A DNA stretch of 64,000 bases from Auanema rhodensis (Eukaryota; Animalia; Nematoda), in contig OZ059896.1 in NCBI GenBank assembly GCA_964057225.1, positions 2,604,001-2,668,000 on the forward strand. Direction: 5' to 3'. Under the pieces are notes generated by a model. The model saw only the letters and a program-made list of their open reading frames with translations. It made no database searches and was not told the origin of the DNA. Positions within the stretch are counted from its first letter, which is position 1. Every line of letters starts with the position of its first letter. The translations under genes were made by a program, and so were the position numbers. Positions 40,601-55,600 of this stretch are shown here, piece after piece.

Positions 40601-43600
40601 TAATTAGCATAAATTAAAGTTCACGTAAATTTCAAAGTCATGGTTACCATGAACCAATATCAATAAAAATTTGTTTTTAAACTAATATGGACATGGGGAA
40701 TCTAATTTTGAAAACCGCATCTCTTTATCTTTCACGTGAAGCGAGTTACATACCTAGTGCACATCACGTGTACATTTAATTAGCATAAATTAAAGTTCAC
40801 GTAAATTTCAAAGTCATGGTTACCATGCACCAATATTAATAAAAATTTGTTTTTAGACTAATAGGGACATGGGGAATCTAATTTTGAAAACCGCATCTCT
40901 TTATCTTTCACGTGAAGCGAGTTACATACCAAGTGCACATCACGTGTACACTTAATTAGCATAAATTAAAGTTCACGTAAATTTCAAAGTCATGGTTACC
41001 ATGAACCAATATCAATAAAAATTTGTTTTTAGACTAATATGGACATGGGGAATCTAATTTTGAAAACTGCATCTCTTTATCTTTCACGTGAAGCGAGTTA
41101 CATACCAAGTGCACATCACGTGTACATTTAATTAGCATAAATTAAAGTTCATGTAAATTTCAAAGTCATGGTTACCATGCACCAATATCAATAAAAGTTT
41201 GTTTTTAGACTAATATGGACATGGGGAATCTAATTTTGAGAACCGCATCTCTTTATCTTTCACGTGAAGCGAGTTACATATAAAGTGCACATCACGTGTA
41301 CATTTAATTAGCATAAATTAAAGTTCACGTAAGTTTCAAAGTCATGGTTACCATGAACCAATATCAATAAAAATTTGTTTTTAGACTAATATGGACATGG
41401 GGAATCTAATTTTGAAAACCGCATCTCTTTATCTTTCACGTGAAGCGAGTTACATACCAAGTGCACATCACGTGTACATTTAATTAGCATAAATTAAAGT
41501 TCACGTAAATTTCAAAGTCATGGTTACCATGAACCAATATCAATAAAAATTTGTTTTTAAACTAATATGGACATGGGGAATCTAATTTTTAAAACCGCAT
41601 TTCTTTATCTTTCAAGTGAAGCGAGTTACATACCAAGTGCACATCACGTGTACATTTAATTAGCATAAATTAAAGTTCACGTAAATTTCAAAGTCATGGT
41701 TACCATGAACCAATATCAATAAAAATTTGTTTTCAAACTAATATGGACATGGGGATTCTAATTTTGAAAACCGCATCTCTTTATCTTTCACGTGAAGCGA
41801 GTTACATACCTAGTGCACATCACGTGTACATTTAATTAGCATAAATTAAAGTTCACGTAAATTTCAAAGTCATGGTTACCATGAACCAATATCAATAAAA
41901 ATTTGTTTTTAGACTAATTTGGACATGGGGAATCTAATTTTGAAAACCGCATCTCTTTATCTTTCAAGTGAAGCGAGTTACATACCAAGTGCACATCACG
42001 TGTACATTTAATTAGCATAAATTAAAGTTCACGTAAATTTCAAAGTCATGGTTACCATGAACCAATATCAATAAAAATTTGTTTTTAAACTAATATGGAC
42101 ATGGGGAATCTAATTTTGAAAACCGCATCTCTTTATCTTTCACGTGAAGCGAGTTACATACCTAGTGCACATCACGTGTACATTTAATTAGCATAAGTCA
42201 AAGTTCACGTAAATTTCAAAGTCATGGTTACCATGAACCAATATCGATAAAAATTTGTTTTCAGACTAATATGGACATGGGGAATCTAATTTTGAAAACC
42301 GCATCTCTTTATCTTTCACGTGAAGCGAGTTACATATAAAGTGCACATCACGTGTACATTTAATTAGCATAAATTAAAGTTCACGTAAATTTCAAAGTCA
42401 TGGTTACCATGAACCAATATCAATAAAAATTTGTTTTTAAACTAATATGGACATGGGGATTCTAATTTTGAAAACCGCATCTCTTTATCTTTCACGTGAA
42501 GCGAGTTACATACCTAGTGCACATCACGTGTACATTTAATTAGCATAAATTAAAGTTCACGTAAATTTCAAAGTCATGGTTACCATGAACCAATATCAAT
42601 AAAAATTTGTTTTTAGACTAATTTGGACATGGGGATTCTAATTTTGAAAACCGCATCTCTTTATCTTTCACGTGAAGCGAGTTACATACCTAGTGCACAT
42701 CACGTGTACATTTAATTAGCATAAATTAAAGTTCACGTAAATTTCAAAGTCATGGTTACCATGAACCAATATCAATAAAAATTTGTTTTTAAACTAATAT
42801 GGACATGGGGAATCTAATTTTGAAAACCGCATCTCTTTATCTTTCACGTGAAGCGAGTTACATACCTAGTGCACATCACGTGTACATTTAATTAGCATAA
42901 ATTAAAGTTCACGTAAATTTCAAAGTCATGGTTACCATGCACCAATATCAATAAAAGTTTGTTTTTAGACTAATATGGACATGGGGAATCTAATTTTGAG
43001 AACCGCATCTCTTTATCTTTCACGTGAAGCGAGTTACATATAAAGTGCACATCACGTGTACATTTAATTAGCATAAATTAAAGTTCACGTAAATTTCAAA
43101 GTCATGGTTACCATGAACCAATATCAATAAAAATTTGTTTTTAGACTAATATGGACATGGGGAATCTACTTTTGAAAACCGCATCTCTTTATCTTTCACG
43201 TGAAGCGAGTTACATACCAAGTGCACATCACGTGTACATTTAATTAGCATAAATTAAAGTTCACGTAAATTTCAAAGTCATGGTTACCATGAACCAATAT
43301 CAATAAAAATTTGTTTTTAAACTAATATGGACATGGGGAATCTAATTTTGAAAACCGCATCTCTTTATCTTTCAAGTGAAGCGAGTTACATACCAAGTGC
43401 ACATCACGTGTACATTTAATTAGCATAAATTAAAGTTCACGTAAATTTCAAAGTCATGGTTACCATGAACCAATATCAATAAAAATTTGTTTTCAAACTA
43501 ATATGGACATGGGGATTCTAATTTTGAAAACCGCATCTCTTTATCTTTCACGTGAAGCGAGTTACATACGTAGTGCACATCACGTGTACATTTAATTAGC

Positions 43601-46600
43601 ATAAATTAAAGTTCACGTAAATTTCAAAGTCATGGTTACCATGAACCAATATCAATAAAAATTTGTTTTCAAACTAATATGGACATGGGGATTCTAATTT
43701 TGAAAACCGCATCTCTTTATCTTTCACGTGAAGCGAGTTACATACCTAGTGCACATCACGTGTACATTTAATTAGCATAAATTAAAGTTCACGTAAATTT
43801 CAAAGTCATGGTTACCATGAACCAATATCAATAAAAATTTGTTTTTAGACTAATTTGGACATGGGGAATCTAATTTTGAAAACCGCATCTCTTTATCTTT
43901 CAAGTGAAGCGAGTTACATACCAAGTGCACATCACGTGTACATTTAATTAGCATAAATTAAAGTTCACGTAAATTTCAAAGTCATGGTTACCATGAACCA
44001 ATATCAATAAAAATTTGTTTTTAAACTAATATGGACATGGGGAATCTAATTTTGAAAACCGCATCTCTTTATCTTTCACGTGAAGCGAGTTACATACCTA
44101 GTGCACATCACGTGTACATTTAATTAGCATAAGTCAAAGTTCACGTAAATTTCAAAGTCATGGTTACCATGAACCAATATCGATAAAAATTTGTTTTCAG
44201 ACTAATATGGACATGGGGAATCTAATTTTGAAAACCGCATCTCTTTATCTTTCACGTGAAGCGAGTTACATACCTAGTGCACATCACGTGTACATTTAAT
44301 TAGCATAAATTAAAGTTCACGTAAATTTCAAAGTCATGGTTACCATGCACCAATATCAATAAAAGTTTGTTTTTAGACTAATATGGACATGGGGAATCTA
44401 ATTTTGAGAACCGCATCTCTTTATCTTTCACGTGAAGCGAGTTACATATAAAGTGCACATCACGTGTACATTTAATTAGCATAAATTAAAGTTCACGTAA
44501 ATTTCAAAGTCATGGTTACCATGAACCAATATCAATAAAAATTTGTTTTTAGACTAATATGGACATGGGGAATCTACTTTTGAAAACCGCATCTCTTTAT
44601 CTTTCACGTGAAGCGAGTTACATACCAAGTGCACATCACGTGTACATTTAATTAGCATAAATTAAAGTTCACGTAAATTTCAAAGTCATGGTTACCATGA
44701 ACCAATATCAATAAAAATTTGTTTTTAAACTAATATGGACATGGGGAATCTAATTTTGAAAACCGCATCTCTTTATCTTTCAAGTGAAGCGAGTTACATA
44801 CCAAGTGCACATCACGTGTACATTTAATTAGCATAAATTAAAGTTCACGTAAATTTCAAAGTCATGGTTACCATGAACCAATATCAATAAAAATTTGTTT
44901 TCAAACTAATATGGACATGGGGATTCTAATTTTGAAAACCGCATCTCTTTATCTTTCACGTGAAGCGAGTTACATACGTAGTGCACATCACGTGTACATT
45001 TAATTAGCATAAATTAAAGTTCACGTAAATTTCAAAGTCATGGTTACCATGAACCAATATCAATAAAAATTTGTTTTTAGACTAATTTGGACATGGGGAA
45101 TCTAATTTTGAAAACCGCATCTCTTTATCTTTCAAGTGAAGCGAGTTACATACCAAGTGCACATCACGTGTACATTTAATTAGCATAAATTAAAGTTCAC
45201 GTAAATTTCAAAGTCATGGTTACCATGAACCAATATCAATAAAAATTTGTTTTTAAACTAATATGGACATGGGGAATCTAATTTTGAAAACCGCATCTCT
45301 TTATCTTTCACGTGAAGCGAGTTACATACCTAGTGCACATCACGTGTACATTTAATTAGCATAAGTTGAAGTTCACGTAAATTTCAAAGTCATGGTTACC
45401 ATGAACCAATATCAATGAAAATTTGTTTTTAGACTAATATGGACATGGGGAATCTAATTTTGAAAACCGCATCTCTTTATCTTTCACGTGAAGCGAGTTA
45501 CATATAAAGTGCACATCACGTGTACATTTAATTAGCATAAATTAAAGTTCACGTAAATTTCAAAGTCATGGTTACCATGAACCAATATCAATAAAAATTT
45601 GTTTTTAAACTAATATGGACATGGGGAATCTAATTTTGAAAACCGCATCTCTTTATCTTTCAAGTGAAGCGAGTTACATACCTAGTGCACATCACGTGTA
45701 CATTTAATTAGCATAAATTAAAGTTCACGCAAATTTCAAAGTCATGGTTACCATGAACCAATATCAATAAAAATTTGTTTTTAGACTAATTTGGACATGG
45801 GGATTCTAATTTTGAAAACCGCATCTCTTTATCTTTCACGTGAAGCGAGTTACATACCTAGTGCACATCACGTGTACATTTAATTAGCATAAATTAAAGT
45901 TCACGTAAATTTCAAAGTCATGGTTACCATGAACCAATATCAATAAAAATTTGTTTTTAGACTAATTTGGACATGGGGATTCTAATTTTGAAAACCGCAT
46001 CTCTTTATCTTTCACGTGAAGCGAGTTACATACCTAGTGCACATCACGTGTACATTTAATTAGCATAAATTAAAGTTCACGTAAATTTCAAAGTCATGGT
46101 TACCATGAACCAATATCAATAAAAATTTGTTTTTAAACTAATATGGACATGGGGAATCTAATTTTGAAAACCGCATCTCTTTATCTTTCACGTGAAGCGA
46201 GTTACATACCTAGTGCACATCACGTGTACATTTAATTAGCATAAATTAAAGTTCACGTAAATTTCAAAGTCATGGTTACCATGCACCAATATCAATAAAA
46301 GTTTGTTTTTAGACTAATATGGACATGGGGAATCTAATTTTGAGAACCGCATCTCTTTATCTTCCACGTGAAGCGAGTTACATATAAAGTGCACATCACG
46401 TGTACATTTAATTAGCATAAATTAAAGTTCACGTAAATTTCAAAGTCATGGTTACCATGAACCAATATCAATAAAAATTTGTTTTTAGACTAATATGGAC
46501 ATGGGGAATCTAATTTTGAAAACCGCATCTCTTTATCTTTCACGTGAAGCGAGTAACATACCAAGTGCACATCACGTGTACATTTAATTAGCATAAATTA

Positions 46601-49600
46601 AAGTTCACGTAAATTTCAAAGTCATGGTTACCATGAACCAATATCAATAAAAATTTGTTTTTAAACTAATATGGACATGGGGAATCTAATTTTGAAAACC
46701 GCATCTCTTTATCTTTCAAGTGAAGCGAGTTACATACCAAGTGCACATCACGTGTACATTTAATTAGCATAAATTAAAGTTCACGTAAATTTCAAAGTCA
46801 TGGTTACCATGAACCAATATCAATAAAAATTTGTTTTCAAACTAATATGGACATGGGGATTCTAATTTTGAAAACCACTTCTCTTTATCTTTCACGTGAA
46901 GCGAGTTACATACCTAGTGCACATCACGTGTACATTTAATTAGCATAAATTAAAGTTCACGTAAATTTCAAAGTCATGGTTACCATGAACCAATATCAAT
47001 AAAAATTTGTTTTTAGACTAATTTGGACATGGGGAATCTAATTTTGAAAACCGCATCTCTTTATCTTTCAAGTGAAGCGAGTTACATACCAAGTGCACAT
47101 CACGTGTACATTTAATTAGCATAAATTAAAGTTCACGTAAATTTCAAAGTCATGGTTACCATGAACCAATATCAATAAAAATTTGTTTTTAGACTAATAT
47201 GGACATGGGGAATCTAATTTTGAAAACCGCATCTCTTTATCTTTCAAGTGAAGCGAGTTACATACCAAGTGCACATCACGTGTACACTTAATTAGCATAA
47301 ATTAAAGTTCACGTAAATTTCAAAGTCATGGTTACCATGCACCAATATCAATGAAAATTTGTTTTTAGACTAATATGGACATGGGGAATCTAATTTTGAA
47401 AACCGCATCTCTTTATCTTTCAAGTGAAGCGAGTTACATACCAAGTGCACATCACGTGTACATTTAATTAGCATAAATTAAAGTTCACGTAAATTTCAAA
47501 GTCATGGTTACCATGAACCAATATCAATAAAAATTTGTTTTTAAACTAATATGGACATGGGGATTCTAATTTTGAAAACCGCATCTCTTTATCTTTCACG
47601 TGAAGCGAGTTACATATAAAGTGCACATCACGTGTACATTTAATTAGCATAAATTAAAGTTCACGTAAAATTCAAAGTCATGGTTACCATGAACCAATAT
47701 CAATAAAAATTTGTTTTTAAACTAATATGGACATGGGGAATCTAATTTTGAAAACCGCATCTCTTTATCTTTCACGTGAAGCGAGTTACATACCTAGTGC
47801 ACATCACGTGTACATTTAATTAGCATAAATTAAAGTTCACGTAAATTTCAAAGTCATGGTTACCATGAACCAATATCAATAAAAATTTGTTTTTAGACTA
47901 ATATGGACATGGGGAATCTAATTTTGAAAACCGCATCTCTTTATCTTTCACGTGAAGCGAGTTACATATAAAGTGCACATCACGTGTACATTTAATTAGC
48001 ATAAATTAAAGTTCACGTAAATTTCAAAGTCATGGTTACCATGAACCAATATCAATAAAAATTTGTTTTTAGACTAATATGGACATGGGGAATCTAATTT
48101 TGAAAACCGCATCTCTTTATCTTTCACGTGAAGCGAGTAACATACCAAGTGCACATCACGTGTACATTTAATTAGCATAAATTAAAGTTCACGTAAATTT
48201 CAAAGTCATGGTTACCATGAACCAATATCAATAAAAATTTGTTTTTAAACTAATATGGACATGGGGAATCTAATTTTGAAAACCGCATCTCTTTATCTTT
48301 CAAGTGAAGCGAGTTACATACCAAGTGCACATCACGTGTACATTTAATTAGCATAAATTAAAGTTCACGTAAATTTCAAAGTCATGGTTACCATGAACCA
48401 ATATCAATAAAAATTTGTTTTCAAACTAATATGGACATGGGGATTCTAATTTTGAAAACCACATCTCTTTATCTTTCACGTGAAGCGAGTTACATACCTA
48501 GTGCACATCACGTGTACATTTAATTAGCATAAATTAAAGTTCACGTAAATTTCAAAGTCATGGTTACCATGAACCAATATCAATAAAAATTTGTTTTTAG
48601 ACTAATTTGGACATGGGGAATCTAATTTTGAAAACCGCATCTCTTTATCTTTCAAGTGAAGCGAGTTACATACCAAGTGCACATCACGTGTACATTTAAT
48701 TAGCATAAATTGAAGTTCACGTAAATTTCAAAGTCATGGTTACCATGAACCAATATCAATAAAAATTTGTTTTTAAACTAATATGGACATGGGGAATCTA
48801 ATTTTGAAAACCGCATCTCTTTATCTTTCACGTGAAGCGAGTTACATACCTAGTGCACATCACGTGTACATTTAATTAGCATAAGTTGAAGTTCACGTAA
48901 ATTTCAAAGTCATGGTTACCATGAACCAATATCAATGAAAATTTGTTTTTAGACTAATATGGACATGGGGAATCTAATTTTGAAAACCGCATCTCTTTAT
49001 CTTTCACGTGAAGCGAGTTACATATAAAGTGCACATCACGTGTACATTTAATTAGCATAAATTAAAGTTCACGTAAATTTCAAAGTCATGGTTACCATGC
49101 ACCAATATCAATGAAAATTTGTTTTTAGACTAATATGGACATGGGGAATCTAATTTTGAAAACCGCATCTCTTTATCTTTCAAGTGAAGCGAGTTACATA
49201 CCAAGTGCACATCACGTGTACACTTAATTAGCATAAATTAAAGTTCACGTAAATTTCAAAGTCATGGTTACCATGCACCAATATCAATGAAAATTTGTTT
49301 TTAGACTAATATGGACATGGGGAATCTAATTTTGAAAACCGCATCTCTTTATCTTTCAAGTGAAGCGAGTTACATACCAAGTGCACATCACGTGTACATT
49401 TAATTAGCATAAATTAAAGTTCACGTAAATTTCAAATTCATGGTTACCATGAACCAATATCAATAAAAATTTGTTTTTAAACTAATATGGACATGGGGAT
49501 TCTAATTTTGAAAACCGCATCTCTTTATCTTTCACGTGAAGCGAGTTACATACCTAGTGCACATCACGTGTACATTTAATTAGCATAAATTAAAGTTCAC

Positions 49601-52600
49601 GTAAATTTCAAAGTCATGGTTACCATGAACCAATATTAATAAAAATTGGTTTTTAGACTAATATGGACATGGGGAATCTAATTTTGAAAACTGCATCTCT
49701 TTATCTTTCACGTGAAGCGAGTTACATACCAAGTGCACATCACGTGTACACTTAATTAGCATAAATTAAAGTTCACGTTAATTTCAAAGTCATGGTTACC
49801 ATGAACCAATATCAATAAAAACTTGTTTTTAGACTAATATGGACATGGGGAATCTAATTTTGAAAACCGCATCTCTTTATCTTTCACGTGAAGCGAGTTA
49901 CATATAAAGTGCACATCACGTGTACATTTAATTAGCATAAATTAAAGTTCACGTAAATTTCAAAGTCATGGTTACCATGCACCAATATTAATAAAAATTT
50001 GTTTTTAGACTAATATGGACATGGGGAATCTAATTTTGAAAACCGCATCTTTTTATCTTTCACGTGAAGCGAGTTACATACCAAGTGCACATCACGTGTA
50101 CACTAAATTAGCATAAATTAAAGTTCACGTTAATTTCAAAGTCATGGTTACCATGCACCAATATCAATAAAAATTTGTTTTTAGACTAATTTGGACATGG
50201 GGAATCTAATTTTGAAAACCGCATCTCTTTATCTTTCACGTGAGGCGAGTTACATACCAAGTGCACATCACGTGTACATTTAATTAGCATAAATTAAAGT
50301 TCACGTAAATTTCAAAGTCATGGTTACCATGAACCAATATCAATAAAAATTTGTTTTTAGACTAATATGGACATGGGGAATCTAATTTTGAAAACCGCAT
50401 CTCTTTATCTTTCAAGTGAAGCGAGTTACATACCAAGTGCACATCACGTGTACATTTAATTAGCATAAATTAAAGTTCACGTAAATTTCAAATTCATGGT
50501 TACCATGAACCAATATCAATAAAAATTTGTTTTTAAACTAATATGGACATGGGGATTCTAATTTTGAAAACCGCATCTCTTTATCTTTCACGTGAAGCGA
50601 GTTACATACCTAGTGCACATCACGTGTACATTTAATTAGCATAAATTAAAGTTCACGTAAATTTCAAAGTCATGGTTACCATGAACCAATATCAATAAAA
50701 ATTTGTTTTTAGACTAATTTGGACATGGGGAATCTAATTTTGAAAACCGCATCTCTTTATCTTTCAAGTGAAGCGAGTTACATACCAAGTGCACATCACG
50801 TGTACATTTAATTAGCATAAATTAAAGTTCACGTAAATTTCAAATTCATGGTTACCATGAACCAATATCAATAAAAATTTGTTTTTAAACTAATATGGAC
50901 ATGGGGAATCTAATTTTGAAAACCGCATCTCTTTATCTTTCACGTGAAGCGAGTTACATACCTAGTGCACATCACGTGTACATTTAATTAGCATAAATTA
51001 AAGTTCACGTAAATTTCAAATTCATGGTTACCATGAACCAATATCAATAAAAATTTGTTTTTAAACTAATATGGACATGGGGATTCTAATTTTGAAAACC
51101 GCATCTCTTTATCTTTCACGTGAAGCGAGTTACATACCTAGTGCACATCACGTGTACATTTAATTAGCATAAATTAAAGTTCACGTAAATTTCAAAGTCA
51201 TGGTTACCATGAACCAATATCAATAAAAATTTGTTTTTAGACTAATTTGGACATGGGGAATCTAATTTTGAAAACCGCATCTCTTTATCTTTCAAGTGAA
51301 GCGAGTTACATACCAAGTGCACATCACGTGTACATTTAATTAGCATAAATCAAAGTTCACGTAAATTTCAAAGTCATGGTTACCATGAACCAATATCAAT
51401 AAAAATTTGTTTTTAGACTAATATGGACATGGGGAATCTAATTTTGAAAACCGCATCTTTTTATCTTTCACGTGAAGCGAGTTACATACCAAGTGCACAT
51501 CACGTGTACACTAAATTAGCATAAATTAAAGTTCACGTTAATTTCAAAGTCATGGTTACCATGCACCAATATCAATAAAAATTTGTTTTTAGACTAAATT
51601 GGACATGGGGAATCTAATTTTGAAAACCGCATCTCTTTATCTTTCAAGTGAAGCGAGTTACATACCAAGTGCACATCAAGTGTACATTTAATTAGCATAA
51701 ATTAAAGTTCACGTAAATTTCAAATTCATGGTTACCATGAACCAATATCAATAAAAATTTGTTTTTAAACTAATATGGACATGGGGAATCTAATTTTGAA
51801 AACCGCATCTCTTTATCTTTCACGTGAAGCGAGTTACATACCTAGTGCACATCACGTGTACATTTAATTAGCATAAATTAAAGTTCACGTAAATTTCAAA
51901 TTCATGGTTACCATGAACCAATATCAATAAAAATTTGTTTTTGAACTAATATGGACATGGGGATTCTAATTTTGAAAACCGCATCTCTTTATCTTTCACG
52001 TGAAGCGAGTTACATACCTAGTGCACATCACGTGTACATTTAATTAGCATAAATTAAAGTTCACGTAAATTTCAAAGTCATGGTTACCATGAACCAATAT
52101 CAATAAAAATATGTTTTTAGACTAATTTGGACATGGGGAATCTAATTTTGAAAACCGCATCTCTTTATCTTTCACGTGAAGCGAGTTACATATAAAGTGC
52201 ACATCACGTGTACATTTAATTAGCATAAATTAAAGTTCACGTAAATTTCAAAGTCATGGTTACCATGCACCAATATTAATAAAAAGTTGTTTTTAGACTA
52301 ATATGGACATGGGGAATCTAATTTTGAAAACCGCATCTTTTTATCTTTCACGTGAAGCGAGTTACATACCAAGTGCACATCACGTGTACACTAAATTAGC
52401 ATAAATTAAAGTTCACGTTAATTTCAAAGTCATGGTTACCATGCACCAATATCAATAAAAATTTGTTTTTAGACTAATTTGGACATGGGGAATCTAATTT
52501 TGAAAACCGCATCTCTTTATCTTTCACGTGAGGCGAGTTACATACCAAGTGCACATCACGTGTACATTTAATTAGCATAAATTAAAGTTCACGTAAATTT

Positions 52601-55600
52601 CAAAGTCATGGTTACCATGAACCAATATCAATAAAAATTTGTTTTTAGACTAATATGGACATGGGGAATCTAATTTTGAAAACCGCATCTCTTTATCTTT
52701 CAAGTGAAGCGAGTTACATACCAAGTGCACATCACGTGTACATTTAATTAGCATAAATTAAAGTTCACGTAAATTTCAAATTCATGGTTACCATGAACCA
52801 ATATCAATAAAAATTTGTTTTTAAACTAATATGGACATGGGGATTCTAATTTTGAAAACCGCATCTCTTTATCTTTCACGTGAAGCGAGTTACATACCTA
52901 GTGCACATCACGTGTACATTTAATTAGCATAAATTAAAGTTCACGTAAATTTCAAAGTCATGGTTACCATGAACCAATATCAATAAAAATTTGTTTTTAG
53001 ACTAATTTGGACATGGGGAATCTAATTTTGAAAACCGCATCTCTTTATCTTTCGAGTGAAGCGAGTTACATACCAAGTGCACATCACGTGTACATTTAAT
53101 TAGCATAAATTAAAGTTCACGTAAATTTCAAATTCATGGTTACCATGAACCAATATCAATAAAAATTTGTTTTTAAACTAATATGGACATGGGGAATCTA
53201 ATTTTGAAAACCGCATCTCTTTATCTTTCACGTGAAGCGAGTTACATACCTAGTGCACATCACGTGTACATTTAATTAGCATAAATTAAAGTTCACGTAA
53301 ATTTCAAATTCATGGTTACCATGAACCAATATCAATAAAAATTTGTTTTTAAACTAATATGGACATGGGGATTCTAATTTTGAAAACCGCATCTCTTTAT
53401 CTTTCACGTGAAGCGAGTTACATACCTAGTGCACATCACGTGTACATTTAATTAGCATAAATTAAAGTTCACGTAAATTTCAAAGTCATGGTTACCATGA
53501 ACCAATATCAATAAAAATTTGTTTTTAGACTAATTTGGACATGGGGAATCTAATTTTGAAAACCGCATCTCTTTATCTTTCAAGTGAAGCGAGTTACATA
53601 CCAAGTGCACATCACGTGTACATTTAATTAGCATAAATCAAAGTTCACGTAAATTTCAAAGTCATGGTTACCATGAACCAATATCAATAAAAATTTGTTT
53701 TTAGACTAATATGGACATGGGGAATCTAATTTTGAAAACCGCATCTTTTTATCTTTCACGTGAAGCGAGTTACATACCAAGTGCACATCACGTGTACACT
53801 AAATTAGCATAAATTAAAGTTCACGTTAATTTCAAAGTCATGGTTACCATGCACCAATATCAATGAAAATTTGTTTTTAGACTAATTTGGACATGGGGAA
53901 TCTAATTTTGAAAACCGCATCTCTTTATCTTTCACGTGAGGCGAGTTACATACCAAGTGCACATCACGTGTACATTTAATTAGCATAAATTAAAGTTCAC
54001 GTAAATTTCAAAGTCATGGTTACCATGAACCAATATCAATAAAAATTTGTTTTTAGACTAATATGGACATGGGGAATCTAATTTTGAAAACCGCATCTCT
54101 TTATCTTTCAAGTGAAGCGAGTTACATACCAAGTGCACATCACGTGTACATTTAATTAGCATAAATTAAAGTTCACGTAAATTTCAAATTCATGGTTACC
54201 ATGAACCAATATCAATAAAAATTTGTTTTTAAACTAATATGGACATGGGGATTCTAATTTTGAAAACCGCATCTCTTTATCTTTCACGTGAAGCGAGTTA
54301 CATACCTAGTGCACATCACGTGTACATTTAATTAGCATAAATTAAAGTTCACGTAAATTTCAAAGTCATGGTTATCATGAACCAATACCAATAAAAATTT
54401 GTTTTTAGACTAATTTGGACATGGGGAATCTAATTTTGAAAACCGCATCTCTTTATCTTTCAAGTGAAGCGAGTTACATACCAAGTGCACATCACGTGTA
54501 CATTCAATTAGCATAAATTAAAGTTCACGTAAATTTCAAATTCATGGTTACCATGAACCAATATCAATAAAAATTTGTTTTTAGACTAATATGGACATGG
54601 GGAATCTAATTTTGAAAACCGCATCTCTTTATCTTTCACGTGAAGCGAGTTACATACCTAGTGCACATCACGTGTACATTTAATTAGCATAAATTAAAGT
54701 TCACGTAAATTTCAAATTCATGGTTACCATGAACCAATATCAATAAAAATTTGTTTTTAAACTAATATGGACATGGGGATTCTAATTTTGAAAACCGCAT
54801 CTCTTTATCTTTCACGTGAAGCGAGTTACATACCTAGTGCACATCACGTGTACATTTAATTAGCATAAATTAAAGTTCACGTAAATTTCAAAGTCATGGT
54901 TACCATGAACCAATATCAATAAAAATTTGTTTTTAGACTAATTTGGACATGGGGAATCTAATTTTGAAAACCGCATCTCTTTATCTTTCAAGTGAAGCGA
55001 GTTACATACCAAGTGCACATCACGTGTACATTTAATTAGCATAAATTAAAGTTCACGTAAATTTCAAAGTCATGGTTACCATGAACCAATATCAATAAAA
55101 ATTTGTTTTTAGACTAATATGGACATGGGGAATCTAATTTTGAAAACCGCATCTCTTTATCTTTCACGTGAAGCGAGTTACATACCTAGTGCACATCACG
55201 TGTACATTTAATTAGCATAAATTAAAGTTCACGTAAATTTCAAAGTCATGGTTACCATGAACCAATATCAATAAAAATTTGTTTTTAAACTAATATGGAC
55301 ATGGGGAATCTAATTTTGAAAACCGCATCTCTTTATCTTTCACGTGAAGCGAGTTACATACCAAGTGCACATCACGTGTACATTTAATTAGCATAAATTA
55401 AAGTTCACGTAAATTTCAAAGTCATGGTTACCATGAACCAATATCAATAAAAATTTGTTTTTAGACTAATTTGGACATGGGGAATCTAATTTTGAAAACC
55501 GCATCTCTTTATCTTTCAAGTGAAGCGAGTTACATACCAAGTGCACATCACGTGTACATTTAATTAGCATAAATTAAAGTTCACGTAAAATTCAAAGTCA

